From contig JAYQHX010000002.1 of assembly GCA_038141355.1 (NCBI GenBank), forward strand, positions 261,297-325,296: a DNA stretch of 64,000 nucleotides, read 5' to 3'. The notes beneath the pieces are model-generated. The model was given only the letters and a program-made list of their open reading frames with translations, was not told the DNA's origin and made no database searches. The translations under genes were made by a program, and so were the position numbers. Positions 21,809 to 30,922 of this stretch are shown here, one piece after another (the stretch's first letter is position 1; every line of letters starts with the position of its first letter). The DNA is from Methanobacteriota archaeon (GTDB lineage Archaea > Thermoplasmatota > Poseidoniia > Poseidoniales > Poseidoniaceae).

Positions 21809-22699
21809 TTATGAATTGAAAAGTGCGCTTCTTGCTAAAATTCCCTTGGCAAACTGATCGGCATTTTCATGTGATTTGATCCATGTTTTTATTACAGTTA
21901 TCAAATCATCAATTTTAATTCCAGATTTTCGATAATCTTTAGGTGCCTTAACACTACCATAGCAAGCCATAAAACCATCTGGATGGAAGAACCAGCCGTC
22001 TGGAAATAGACCTTCTAATTCAGTTAACAATATTCCTTTTTTCTGCATTTTTGGAGAAATGTTGACGCACTGGCCACAATCTGATTGACGAATGACGGCT
22101 TTAGCGCCTCGTTTGAAGAGATGAGATGCCTTGATTTTTGTTCCTGGCGGTATAATCGCAACGCCGCCATTAATACTAAGCGACTTGGCAGCAGTTTTTT
22201 GCTTCTTAAAACTTTTTTCGCTACGAATTTTTCCAATCAATAATTCAGCAGATCTAGAAACAATTTTTGTGTCACTGAACCCTAATCTTCGCCACGAATC
22301 AACCAATTCAGCAAGAACAACATTATCTTTACAATGTTTACCTGAATCTGTTAAATTGAGTTGTTTCGCCCAAAGTTTTAGCGCATCATAAATCGGCTTA
22401 TCTATACTTTTCATCACTTCAACAATCAATCCGAATGCGCTTCCGAACTCGAGACCTTTTACGGCTTGAGAACCGTTACTAAGGTCTATTGCTATACTTC
22501 TTTCATCATCAACTACTACATCAGCACGAGCAAAAATCCAGGCTGCATGCGGTCTCAAAATTTTCAATAACGCCGCACTAAATGCGGCATCTGCGTCAAC
22601 TATTTGATGAGTAACTATCGATATGGGGTCATCTTTCGTTAGCCAATTTTTGACTTTATTCATCTCTTTTAGCGTTTTTCGGCGGTATTTTTCTTCCAT
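21809..22699 (-). CDS. MYG1/DHH-superfamily-like protein (canonical DHH triad not visible)
   Basis: IVTHQIVDADAAFSAALL (motif I), AIDL, GSAFGLI, LTDSG and C-terminal WFFHPDGF resemble MYG1-family motifs. Confidence 0.55.
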   Translation of the reverse strand: MEEKYRRKTLKEMNKVKNWLTKDDPISIVTHQIVDADAAFSAALLKILRPHAAWIFARADVVVDDERSIAIDLSNGSQAVKGLEFGSAFGLIVEVMKSIDKPIYDALKLWAKQLNLTDSGKHCKDNVVLAELVDSWRRLGFSDTKIVSRSAELLIGKIRSEKSFKKQKTAAKSLSINGGVAIIPPGTKIKASHLFKRGAKAVIRQSDCGQCVNISPKMQKKGILLTELEGLFPDGWFFHPDGFMACYGSVKAPKDYRKSGIKIDDLITVIKTWIKSHENADQFAKGILARSALFNS

Positions 22700-22723
22700 G
22701 TTATATCCTTGGTTTGTTAGGTA

Positions 22724-22730
22724 CTTAAAT
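22724..22730 (-). promoter_or_regulatory. TATA-like box (ATTTAAG) for a probably leaderless transcript starting near 22699
   Basis: 24 nt between the box and ATG 22699, typical archaeal spacing. Confidence 0.5.
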
Positions 22731-22752
22731 GAAGGAATTTACAATCTTGCTA

Positions 22753-22811
22753 GTCAACCGCAGTCAACTCTCAAAATACTCAGATTAATGTTGACTCAAC
22801 AATTTGTCAAC
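22753..22811. promoter_or_regulatory. Cluster of four GTCAAC/GTTGAC boxes, candidate operator
   Basis: GTCAAC at 22753 and 22763 (10-bp period); GTTGAC 22790 + GTCAAC 22806 form an inverted repeat with 10-nt spacer. Confidence 0.5.
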
Positions 22812-22816
22812 TTAGA

Positions 22817-23519
22817 TTATTCTTCTTCGAATGCCATTAATGCTAGAAGTGCTCTACCTACATTTGTTGTAACTCCATCCGTAATCTGTCTTGATTATTA
22901 GTGATGCATCCTTCAATGGCTTTCGTCCAGAGGATTCATTTTGTTTAGTTCCATTTAGGTGTTTGATTATTGCATCTGTTTGTACAGGACCATTAGCTGC
23001 AATAAACCTCATGATCTTCATACTTCGTGGTTTTTGTAATGCTTCAAATCCAGGTCCTAAGTTAGTGAATAAGTCAACTTCTATTGCCAATTCATCTGCT
23101 TCTAAGGTTGGGTTGTGCGCGGAATCTAGAGAAGTGTAGACTGGGAATCTGTGAGTAAATCCGCTTATTGCTGAGGCGATAGCCATCAAATTTGTTCCAC
23201 CGGCTGTACCTACGTGAAATTCAATTGACGATTTTGAATATTTAGATCTAATTTCAGATACTGCTTCATCAAATAGTTCCATATATCTATCAACGGTATC
23301 ACTAGTCCATGGTTGATTAATAATTTTTACAATTACTTCAGATATTCTACGAGTGTGTTTTCTCCAAGCATTCTCCATATGGCTGATTGTAATATCGGCA
23401 AATGATTGGTCACTTGTAAATAAAACAACAATTTGAGGCTTGTATTTGGCTAGAGGTGCTTCCAAAACGCCAGGTGTTCTACCAATAGGCTGTAATACAA
23501 CTTCAATTGCTTCGGGCAT
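22817..23519 (-). CDS. CARF + winged-HTH transcriptional regulator (Csa3-like, ~233 aa); probable +1 error near 22871
   Basis: CARF-like motifs QPIGRTP, VVLFTS, FHVGTAGGTNLMAIAS; wHTH KIMRFIAANGPV...LKDASLI; removing one base restores WSTTNVGRALL...EEE*. Confidence 0.7.
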
Positions 23520-23543
23520 GTATATCCCATAACTCGCTAGTAC

Positions 23544-24348
23544 TTAGATACAATACGGGCAAGAAACCCCCGCGCACAAATTCTGGGCTTTCTGCCTGTT
23601 CGGGAGTTAGAGGCTCTCTGCACGCCCAGCAAACCTCAGAAGTCGTTTCTTTCAATTCTCCATCAACTCCAACCCTTCTATCGAAGACGAAGCATTCTCC
23701 ATTCCAGTGGGCACCGCCTGTTTGTTCGAAATAATTCAATATTCCACCATGGATTTGGTATACTTCTTGATAGCCTTGGTTTAGCATTACAACGCTTGCT
23801 TTCTCACAGCGTATACCTCCGGTACAGAACATTACAACAGGCTTGTCTTTCGGAATATCAGAATTTGCGACCGCATCGGGGAACGCTCTGAAGGTTTCAA
23901 TATCCAAGTCAACCGCTCCTTCGAAAGTACCCATTCTGACCTCGTAATCGTTTCTAGTGTCAAGAATAGTAACTTCTTTTCCTTCATCGAGCCATTGTTT
24001 GAATTCGTTCGGGTCTAATGGTGTGCCGGTGAATTCATGGGGTTTCACGCCAGGAACTCCTAGTGAGATGATTTCTTTTTTCAGACGAACGTTCATTTTT
24101 CTGAAAGCGCAATCTTCTGATTCAGAATATTTGACCCAGATGTCGCCGAACCTCTCATCGGATTTGATATGTTCAACGAAGATATCGATTTTGTCTCTAG
24201 GTGCTGAAAGAAAAATGTTGATTCCTTCAGGAGAAAGTAGGATTGTGCCGTAAATTCCGTGAGAGTCACACAGAGACTTCAGGGGTTCTTGCAACTCTTC
24301 AAACTCAGGCATATCAAGGAACTTGTATGCTGAGATATTGGTCCAGAT
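23544..24348 (-). CDS. trhO: tRNA uridine(34) hydroxylase, rhodanese family (UPF0176/YceA); probable +1 error at 23567-23571; apparent ATC start
   Basis: NISAYKF, GTILLSPEGIN, DTRNDYE, FCTGGIRCEK, GGILNY, CFVFDRRV; corrected C-terminus GVSCPYCI*. Confidence 0.85.
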
Positions 24349-24357
24349 ATTATCACC

Positions 24358-24720
24358 TCAAGCCGCTTTCACGCCTTCAGGCCACAATACGAGAATCAGT
24401 GTTTGTCCTCGGGTGCGTGGAGTGTGAGTAGACTCCCTGTCCATCCATACAATAGATCCCTCTGGATAGATGCCGTCTTCATCCCAAACTTCTCCTTCGA
24501 GTACGAGATAGCATTCTCCACCTGGGTGAGAATGAGGCATGAAAGCATCGATGTCTACATCGCTTACTACATCATAAAGAACCAAAGAAATTGCATCCTC
24601 TCTTGCCAACTTGCCAAGGCGCACTCCTGTTCCAAAGTCACGCCACTTGACATTCTCGTCAATCCAATCTCTGTCAACATTGAAGCTGAGCCAATCCGCT
24701 AGTCCGTGCCAGAACGGCAT
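24358..24720 (-). CDS. ChrR-like cupin domain protein
   Basis: PHSHPGGECYLVLEG...DEDGIYPEGS...HTP cupin motifs. Confidence 0.8.
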   Translation of the reverse strand: MPFWHGLADWLSFNVDRDWIDENVKWRDFGTGVRLGKLAREDAISLVLYDVVSDVDIDAFMPHSHPGGECYLVLEGEVWDEDGIYPEGSIVWMDRESTHTPRTRGQTLILVLWPEGVKAA

Positions 24721-24794
24721 GAACTAGGCGAATTATCACTTAGGCATGAACCCTACGGCTCTTATTTGAAAAACTATGATAAAAACGCATTGTT

Positions 24795-25598
24795 GTGGCC
24801 CAACCTCTAGGTTTAGCAGAAATCCCACCAAACGATGTTTGGGATTTGTATATCTGGATGCTGTTTATTCCTGGAATTCTGAGTCTCATGCTATTAGCAA
24901 AACCATTTCTTCGGGTTTCCAAGCAATTATCTCCTCACGGTGGATGGATACTGAAACGATTGAAAGAGTTGCCAGTAAAAGGATATACCTTGCTTGCAGT
25001 GAATGAGATACTTGCCTTTTTACTTCCGATAATTCTTGCATTAGGTGTTCGAATAATGGTAGACCCATTAGGTTGGAATTCTTGGCAAGAAACCAATTGG
25101 TTAGGTTTCTTGGTACTTTTCATTCTAGGATTTTTTTGGATTTTTATCGACACAGTTCGAATTCTGAAGGTCCGTGCGATGTTGAAAACCATCGAAAAAC
25201 AAAATATCGAGAGATTGAGAAAAATAGCAGATAAAGGATTCAAACTGCGTGAATTGTTGCGTAAGTTCGCAAGAAAAGATAAGCCGGAGCAAGAACAAGA
25301 AACAGTCACAAAATCCGTGGCCAAAGCCTCTCTTTTTACTTGGGGTGCCATGGCATTAAAGGCGAGAAAATTGACTCCTGCGGGATTATTGGGCTCCGTT
25401 GCAACAGGAGCGGCTATTGAATTATCTAGAAGGGGTGCCGGAGTTGTTTCTGATAAAATAGATGAAAAAATGCAGAAAGAATTTGATAAAATTTCAATTT
25501 CAAATACGCGAACAGTAATGCAATCTTTTGCTCGTGATTTGGCAATGGCGCTACTGCCTTTGGTAGCATTGTGGCTAATTCCAATGCTACTTCCTTGA
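24795..25598 (+). CDS. Hypothetical multi-pass membrane protein
   Basis: Several TM segments and a basic cytoplasmic coil; fills the gap between neighbours. Confidence 0.7.
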   Translation: MAQPLGLAEIPPNDVWDLYIWMLFIPGILSLMLLAKPFLRVSKQLSPHGGWILKRLKELPVKGYTLLAVNEILAFLLPIILALGVRIMVDPLGWNSWQETNWLGFLVLFILGFFWIFIDTVRILKVRAMLKTIEKQNIERLRKIADKGFKLRELLRKFARKDKPEQEQETVTKSVAKASLFTWGAMALKARKLTPAGLLGSVATGAAIELSRRGAGVVSDKIDEKMQKEFDKISISNTRTVMQSFARDLAMALLPLVALWLIPMLLP

Positions 25599-25631
25599 GA
25601 AGATTGAAGGGTAATAGCCAACGCCCCCTAC

Positions 25632-26330
25632 ATGAGAGAAATGTCTCTTCTAATCCTAATGCGCCATGGCCAATCGATGTGGAATGCTGCAAATTTGTTC
25701 ACTGGGTGGGCTGATGTTCCTCTGTCAAGTAAAGGAATAGACGAAGCAATTTCAGCCGGAAAGGAAATTTCCTCACTGCCAATTGATGAGATACACGTGT
25801 CAGCATTAATTCGTGCACAAATGACAGCAATGCTGGCAATTTCACAACACGAAAGCGGCGCTACACCAGTTTTTCAATACGGAAGCAATGATGGAGAAAT
25901 GAGTGAAAATGAGAGAAAGATGGCAGCTTGGTCAGTAGCCAATTCAGATTCAAATCAAATTCCAGTCAAGGTATCTTGGAAGTTGAATGAGAGGATGTAC
26001 GGAGATCTTCAGGGCCTAAACAAACAGGAAACTCGAGAAAAATATGGTGATGAACAAGTACACATTTGGAGGCGCTCTTTTGATGTGCCTCCACCAAATG
26101 GAGAATCACTAGAAATGACTGCAGCGAGAACCATTCCATACCTAAAAGAATCAATTTTGCCCTCCCTAGATTCTGGAAACAATATCTTTGTTGCAGCACA
26201 TGGAAACAGCCTTCGCTCAGTAATCATGGAAATAGAAGGACTGTCAAAAGAAGAAGTTCTCAATCTAGAAGTTCCTACTGGTAAACCAATAATTTACGAT
26301 TGGGATGGTGTAAATTTCACCAAGGTGTGA
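25632..26330 (+). CDS. gpmA: 2,3-bisphosphoglycerate-dependent phosphoglycerate mutase
   Basis: RHGQSMWN, FTGWADV, LNERMYGDLQG, WRRS, AAHGNSLR, PTG. Confidence 0.95.
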   Translation: MREMSLLILMRHGQSMWNAANLFTGWADVPLSSKGIDEAISAGKEISSLPIDEIHVSALIRAQMTAMLAISQHESGATPVFQYGSNDGEMSENERKMAAWSVANSDSNQIPVKVSWKLNERMYGDLQGLNKQETREKYGDEQVHIWRRSFDVPPPNGESLEMTAARTIPYLKESILPSLDSGNNIFVAAHGNSLRSVIMEIEGLSKEEVLNLEVPTGKPIIYDWDGVNFTKV

Positions 26331-26333
26331 CCG

Positions 26334-26747
26334 ATGGAAAAGTCATGGCAGTGGCTACCTGCAATTTATCTTGCAGCACTACTTTTGATGAATCTCATGA
26401 GTACGCCCTTTGCGACCACAGTAATGCCTGACGAATGCCCAGATGGGTCTATGAATTGCGAATTTAGGATAATTGCGCTTGATGTTTCAGATGAAGAATT
26501 ACATCAAGCAATGTATGAATGGCAGGAATCAAGAGGATTCACTACTACATTTAGCGAGGGACACATAGTGGATAGAACACTATTCATGCAATTTCCCGAT
26601 GATGTTCATTATTCAAACGAATGTGGCACCATTGAATTATTCAGCAAGTCTAGATTAGGACGTTCAGATTATGGTGTCAATAAAGATAGAGTGGACGAAT
26701 TAGTTGATTTCTTGATGGATTACGATTTTCAATCAAGTTGTCAATAA
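26334..26747 (+). CDS. DUF1499-family protein
   Basis: CP...NC, FPDDV, SKSRLGRSDYGVNKDRV. Confidence 0.8.
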   Translation: MEKSWQWLPAIYLAALLLMNLMSTPFATTVMPDECPDGSMNCEFRIIALDVSDEELHQAMYEWQESRGFTTTFSEGHIVDRTLFMQFPDDVHYSNECGTIELFSKSRLGRSDYGVNKDRVDELVDFLMDYDFQSSCQ

Positions 26748-27433
26748 GCCTCGCCTTCATCATTCACGAATACAACGTTAACCCCAAATCCTGCCTTGTG
26801 AAATGCGATTAATTCTAACGAGTAAATCATGTGACCAGTAGGCGCATATCCGAGAATCTTACGTTTGTCCCTCTTGGTAAACCAGGACTTTTTCTCACCG
26901 ATTACTCTTCTTTCTCCTTCGATATCATCAAACCAAGGTAGAGGGCCAGAAGGTGAAAACTCAATCCCTAGAATTAGGTCAACCCCGTCTGTAGATTGGG
27001 CGGCGTCAGCATCGGCTTCGCTCGGGATTGCAGGAGCATTCGGGTGTGTGTGAAGCCAATGAGTAAATCTGCCAGCTCTTGGACCTCTATCACTTCCAAA
27101 AATTTCGTCAGTCCATTCTTCAGGAAGGTGATGTACCGAATATGAATCTCCTCTGTTTACCATTTTTGCTTCATTGATTTTGTACCCTTGGCCAGCAAAG
27201 AGGTTTTCTTGGTGATTTTCACCTTGATACATTGCAAAAATTTCAGGGTCTATTCTTTCATCCTTTACATCGATACCAACCAATATTTCGTCTGGCAGAG
27301 ATTTGAATGCCCATCCAAGGATTTGTTCAAGAATTGAAACTGGGAAATGTATCTGTGCAACATATTCCTCTCGACGATTAAATGATTCGTCGTTGTATTC
27401 AGCGACAGCCTGTTCTAGCCAATCGCTTGCCAT
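26741..27433 (-). CDS. JAB/MPN (JAMM) metalloprotease-domain protein
   Basis: PDEIL...HTHP...PSEAD JAMM motif; start taken at MASDW. Confidence 0.75.
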   Translation of the reverse strand: MASDWLEQAVAEYNDESFNRREEYVAQIHFPVSILEQILGWAFKSLPDEILVGIDVKDERIDPEIFAMYQGENHQENLFAGQGYKINEAKMVNRGDSYSVHHLPEEWTDEIFGSDRGPRAGRFTHWLHTHPNAPAIPSEADADAAQSTDGVDLILGIEFSPSGPLPWFDDIEGERRVIGEKKSWFTKRDKRKILGYAPTGHMIYSLELIAFHKAGFGVNVVFVNDEGEAY

Positions 27434-27523
27434 GTTCTGAGCCAAACAGTTCTCAATCATCAATGCCTCGCGTATGAGATTATTTCAGTAAGTCTTGAAT
27501 ATATCCGTGAAAACTAATACATC

Positions 27524-28219
27524 ATGGCGAAGAAGAAAGGTGGCTTTGGTCGATTTCTCGGTGCTATTGCTGGAAGCCCTTACGAGAGAATGCAAAAGCA
27601 AATCGATAAGGCAATTGATGAAGCCGAAAGCGACAGGGCTTTGGCAAAGACTCTCAAGAAAATGGTAAAGGCCATCGGCGACCAGTATGAAGAAGAAAAT
27701 ATTGACGAAGAAGAACACGATCTTCTCATTGAGGCTATTGAAGATGCGGACCCAGAAGGAAGAACATTTGGAAAGTTAACCGATAGTAGCGATGCATTCT
27801 ATGATTCAGGGGATATGCCCGATTCACCAAAACTAAACTTGGGCAAGAGAAAGAACCTCGATGAATTGATGAAAGCCCAAGGAAATGAATTCACAGGTTC
27901 TTTTGGTCGTGATGAATTCGACGATTTCAAGCGAACAATGGCTGCGGATTTCTATGCAGATTCAGACGACGCAATCGCCGCTGGTGACCACCAAGCAGAA
28001 ATCAGAACCCAAAACAGAGTTTTCGCTGATGCAGAAGATGGTATTGACCAACTTAAGCGGAAAATGGCAGAAGAAAGTGGCCTAGAGCACCATGTCGAAG
28101 AGGAAGAGGATGAGAATTACTACGTTGACGATGACGATGTCGAATGGTGGAAAGACGACGAAGGTTATTGGTGGTATAGAGAACCAGGCGAAGAAGAATG
28201 GCAACCTCATGAAGAGTAA
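27524..28219 (+). CDS. Acidic hypothetical protein with C-terminal Trp-rich module
   Basis: 231-aa ORF; ends YYVDDDDVEWWKDDEGYWWYREPGEEEWQPHEE. Confidence 0.75.
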   Translation: MAKKKGGFGRFLGAIAGSPYERMQKQIDKAIDEAESDRALAKTLKKMVKAIGDQYEEENIDEEEHDLLIEAIEDADPEGRTFGKLTDSSDAFYDSGDMPDSPKLNLGKRKNLDELMKAQGNEFTGSFGRDEFDDFKRTMAADFYADSDDAIAAGDHQAEIRTQNRVFADAEDGIDQLKRKMAEESGLEHHVEEEEDENYYVDDDDVEWWKDDEGYWWYREPGEEEWQPHEE

Positions 28220-28557
28220 TTATCCCAAATACTCAACATCGGTAGGTCAAACTTAGTTATTCCAATATCTGCTCCAGCGCTTAGCATAGCGTTATTTGCC
28301 ATAGTTGAGGAACTCATTGCAATAATTGTTTGTGGGCGCTTCACATCAGATTTTAGTAAATCGACCAATAATTCAAGTCCCTTTGTTGGAGGCATGAAGT
28401 GGTCTAGGAGCAAAATGTCAGGGTTGAATTGTCTGATTATTTCAAGATAATTTTCTGAGTTCCACCTCTGCTCGAAATGGATATCAAGAATTTGAACTCC
28501 TCCGCTAATCAATAGCGCTTCTATGTCAACCGAATCCTCGAATGCGAGAATTTTCAT
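28207..28557 (-). CDS. Stand-alone response-regulator receiver domain
   Basis: ILAFEDS, LLLDHFMPPTKG (phospho-Asp), AMSS, TKF. Confidence 0.8.
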   Translation of the reverse strand: MKILAFEDSVDIEALLISGGVQILDIHFEQRWNSENYLEIIRQFNPDILLLDHFMPPTKGLELLVDLLKSDVKRPQTIIAMSSSTMANNAMLSAGADIGITKFDLPMLSIWDNYSS

Positions 28558-30410
28558 TCTTCAACATCCCACCAATTTGGTACGTCAAACCATTGTGGCG
28601 CATCATCGTCTCTGACGATTAAAGGCAATCCCAATTCAGATGATTCGTCGATGTTCACATTTAATCCGATTTGAGCACATGGGCTTGGCAGGTAGTCTTC
28701 TCCACTTTCGGTAAGCTCTATCCTTATTTCATTTCCAGCAGGAATAATAGCATCGATTGGATTGAATTCCATTTTCATCAGGTAGGTTTCGAAAACAGGA
28801 TTTACGGTTTTAGCATCATATCCACCATCTCTGTATCTAACATCCATTGTAGCATGCCCGATTCTGAGGTTCTGAGTAGCATCAAACATTGTAGCGAAGA
28901 CTTGACCTCCATCGCAACCTCTTGTTGTCACAGAAAGATGCAATGTAGGCAATCCTGAGATGAATCTATCTTCACTTGAAGCAGGTATAGTAATTGTAGT
29001 ATCTGCATTGAGGCTGACTGTGCTTCCGCTCGCAGTTGCTTGGTCAAGAGTGATTTTCTCCCAGAGAACATCTCTAGGTGGCCAGGTATCTTCCACGTGC
29101 CACTTTCCATCATTTCTCTGCATTTGCACATGCAAATCAGGCATTGGTCCATTGTCCTTCAGCCAATATTCAAACCAAGCATACAAATCAACAGCCCAAT
29201 CCATTCTTGACATTTCAGGATATGCTTCTGCACCATAACCGGAGGTTAATCCACCATGGACTGTTGGTTGGTCTGGGTAATTGTGAGCCCACTGGCCCAT
29301 GATCCCTCTTGCAGGAATTCCAGCATCTCTCATCAATTGATATGTAGGAAAGGCATGGTATGGGTCTACATTCCAATCTTGCATTCCCCAAACGAGGTAT
29401 ACGCTGCCTCGATAATTCTGTAAAACATCAGGGAGATGTCTTCTTTCATCCCAGTAATCATTCCATTCCGCTCCACCATAGTGTGCCCACATTTGGGTAG
29501 TGAACGGATTTAGAGGACCTTGTAAATCATCTTGGCATACTCTCAATTCATCAGAGGTCAAATCACTTGTTGCAGCCTGGTATGCTGCGTCGTATCCAAG
29601 TGCTCTCGCTTCGCTTGAACCATTTCTGTAGAACATTTCTTGAACGCCAATGGAACCGGAAATAGGGACAATGGTTTTGAGATATTGCGATGGGTTTTGT
29701 GCCGCCTCCCAATTTGTTGTTCCAGCATATGATTTGCCCATAAGTCCAACCTTTCCATTCGACCATTCTTGCTGACCGAGCCATTCGACAACCGCCTGAA
29801 TTCCTGTCTGTTCTCCAAGGCCTTTGACATCTTGGCAGTGAGTGGATTTACCGGAACCGAATGTGGATGCTTGTGCAAGGGCGTATCCATGAGAAATGAA
29901 GTTGTCATATACCCACTTACCTATTCCACCATCTGGAACAGTATTCGGGTTTGAATCAGGGCCAACACCTGGCATTCCTTCTCCTCCAAAATCATAGTAG
30001 GGGTGGATGGACATGATTACTGGAACTTTTACCCCTTCAGGAACATCTGGTAGCCACAAAGCAACGTGCATCAAATCTTCTTCAGGGAAGCCAACGTCTT
30101 CCTCCGAAGCCGGAAGATCGACTGTGACATAGTGTTCAGTGTAAGTCAAGACGCCATAGGTACCATTCACAGGAAGAACAGACCTCGTTTGGGTGAGGTC
30201 TAGTTCCATCGCATGTCTTTCATGCAGAGGGGTCAACCACCACTCAGTAATCGATTCAGCTTCATTGGTTTCCGTTAGAACATGTCCAATGCTCGAACCT
30301 AGAATTAGGAAAATGATTGAAACCGCAATAGTCGCTCCCAGTGTGATATTCAAAACATTATCATCGGATGGTTGGAAAATTTCCGCTTCGAAAACTTCGT
30401 CCTCCATCAT
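28554..30410 (-). CDS. CocE/NonD family hydrolase (Xaa-Pro dipeptidyl-peptidase S15-like), membrane-anchored
   Basis: WSNGKVGLMGKSYAG nucleophile elbow, DWNV, GQWAH; N-terminal TM. Confidence 0.88.
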   Translation of the reverse strand: MMEDEVFEAEIFQPSDDNVLNITLGATIAVSIIFLILGSSIGHVLTETNEAESITEWWLTPLHERHAMELDLTQTRSVLPVNGTYGVLTYTEHYVTVDLPASEEDVGFPEEDLMHVALWLPDVPEGVKVPVIMSIHPYYDFGGEGMPGVGPDSNPNTVPDGGIGKWVYDNFISHGYALAQASTFGSGKSTHCQDVKGLGEQTGIQAVVEWLGQQEWSNGKVGLMGKSYAGTTNWEAAQNPSQYLKTIVPISGSIGVQEMFYRNGSSEARALGYDAAYQAATSDLTSDELRVCQDDLQGPLNPFTTQMWAHYGGAEWNDYWDERRHLPDVLQNYRGSVYLVWGMQDWNVDPYHAFPTYQLMRDAGIPARGIMGQWAHNYPDQPTVHGGLTSGYGAEAYPEMSRMDWAVDLYAWFEYWLKDNGPMPDLHVQMQRNDGKWHVEDTWPPRDVLWEKITLDQATASGSTVSLNADTTITIPASSEDRFISGLPTLHLSVTTRGCDGGQVFATMFDATQNLRIGHATMDVRYRDGGYDAKTVNPVFETYLMKMEFNPIDAIIPAGNEIRIELTESGEDYLPSPCAQIGLNVNIDESSELGLPLIVRDDDAPQWFDVPNWWDVEE

Positions 30411-30497
30411 ATCGTCGAGATGCTACACCCTCATCAGTCTTACTTTCAACCGTCTATCTCCCCAAACCCTCAAAGGTCTTGTTATCCAGCACACCAC

Positions 30498-30881
30498 ATG
30501 GCAGAACATTTTACGGTAGCCGGCAAATCAATCCCCGATTTGTCAACATTTTATGGTGGATTTCTAATCGTTTGGGGAATCGCAATTTCAGTAATTTCTG
30601 ATTCGGATTCAATCACTTCTTATTTCCCAAGTTTCCTTGGAATTCCTCTATTGTTATCTGGAATACTCGCAAATAAAATACCTGAAAAGAGAGCGCTATG
30701 GATGCATATCTCAGCGACTTTTGGACTACTTTGTGCCCTTGGCGGTACTAGATTCTTCATGGTGATGGGTGATGGAATCAATTATGCTTCAGGTTCTATG
30801 CTGATGTTGTTAATCACCGGTTCAGTTTACACTTATTTCTGTGTTCAATCATTCAGATTTGCACGCCAAAATAGAGACTAA
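30498..30881 (+). CDS. Small four-TM membrane protein
   Basis: Start taken at MAEHF (30498); four hydrophobic segments; WMHI and VQSF..AR motifs. Confidence 0.7.
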   Translation: MAEHFTVAGKSIPDLSTFYGGFLIVWGIAISVISDSDSITSYFPSFLGIPLLLSGILANKIPEKRALWMHISATFGLLCALGGTRFFMVMGDGINYASGSMLMLLITGSVYTYFCVQSFRFARQNRD

Positions 30882-30922
30882 TCATCCCTACTTTGATTTG
30901 GTTTGAGTTCATGGGATTGTAC

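Noticed and set aside
11140-23545. Integrative element or prophage with att sites
   Set aside because: No integrase, transposase, tRNA or convincing direct repeat at the borders (only a GTATAT hexamer)
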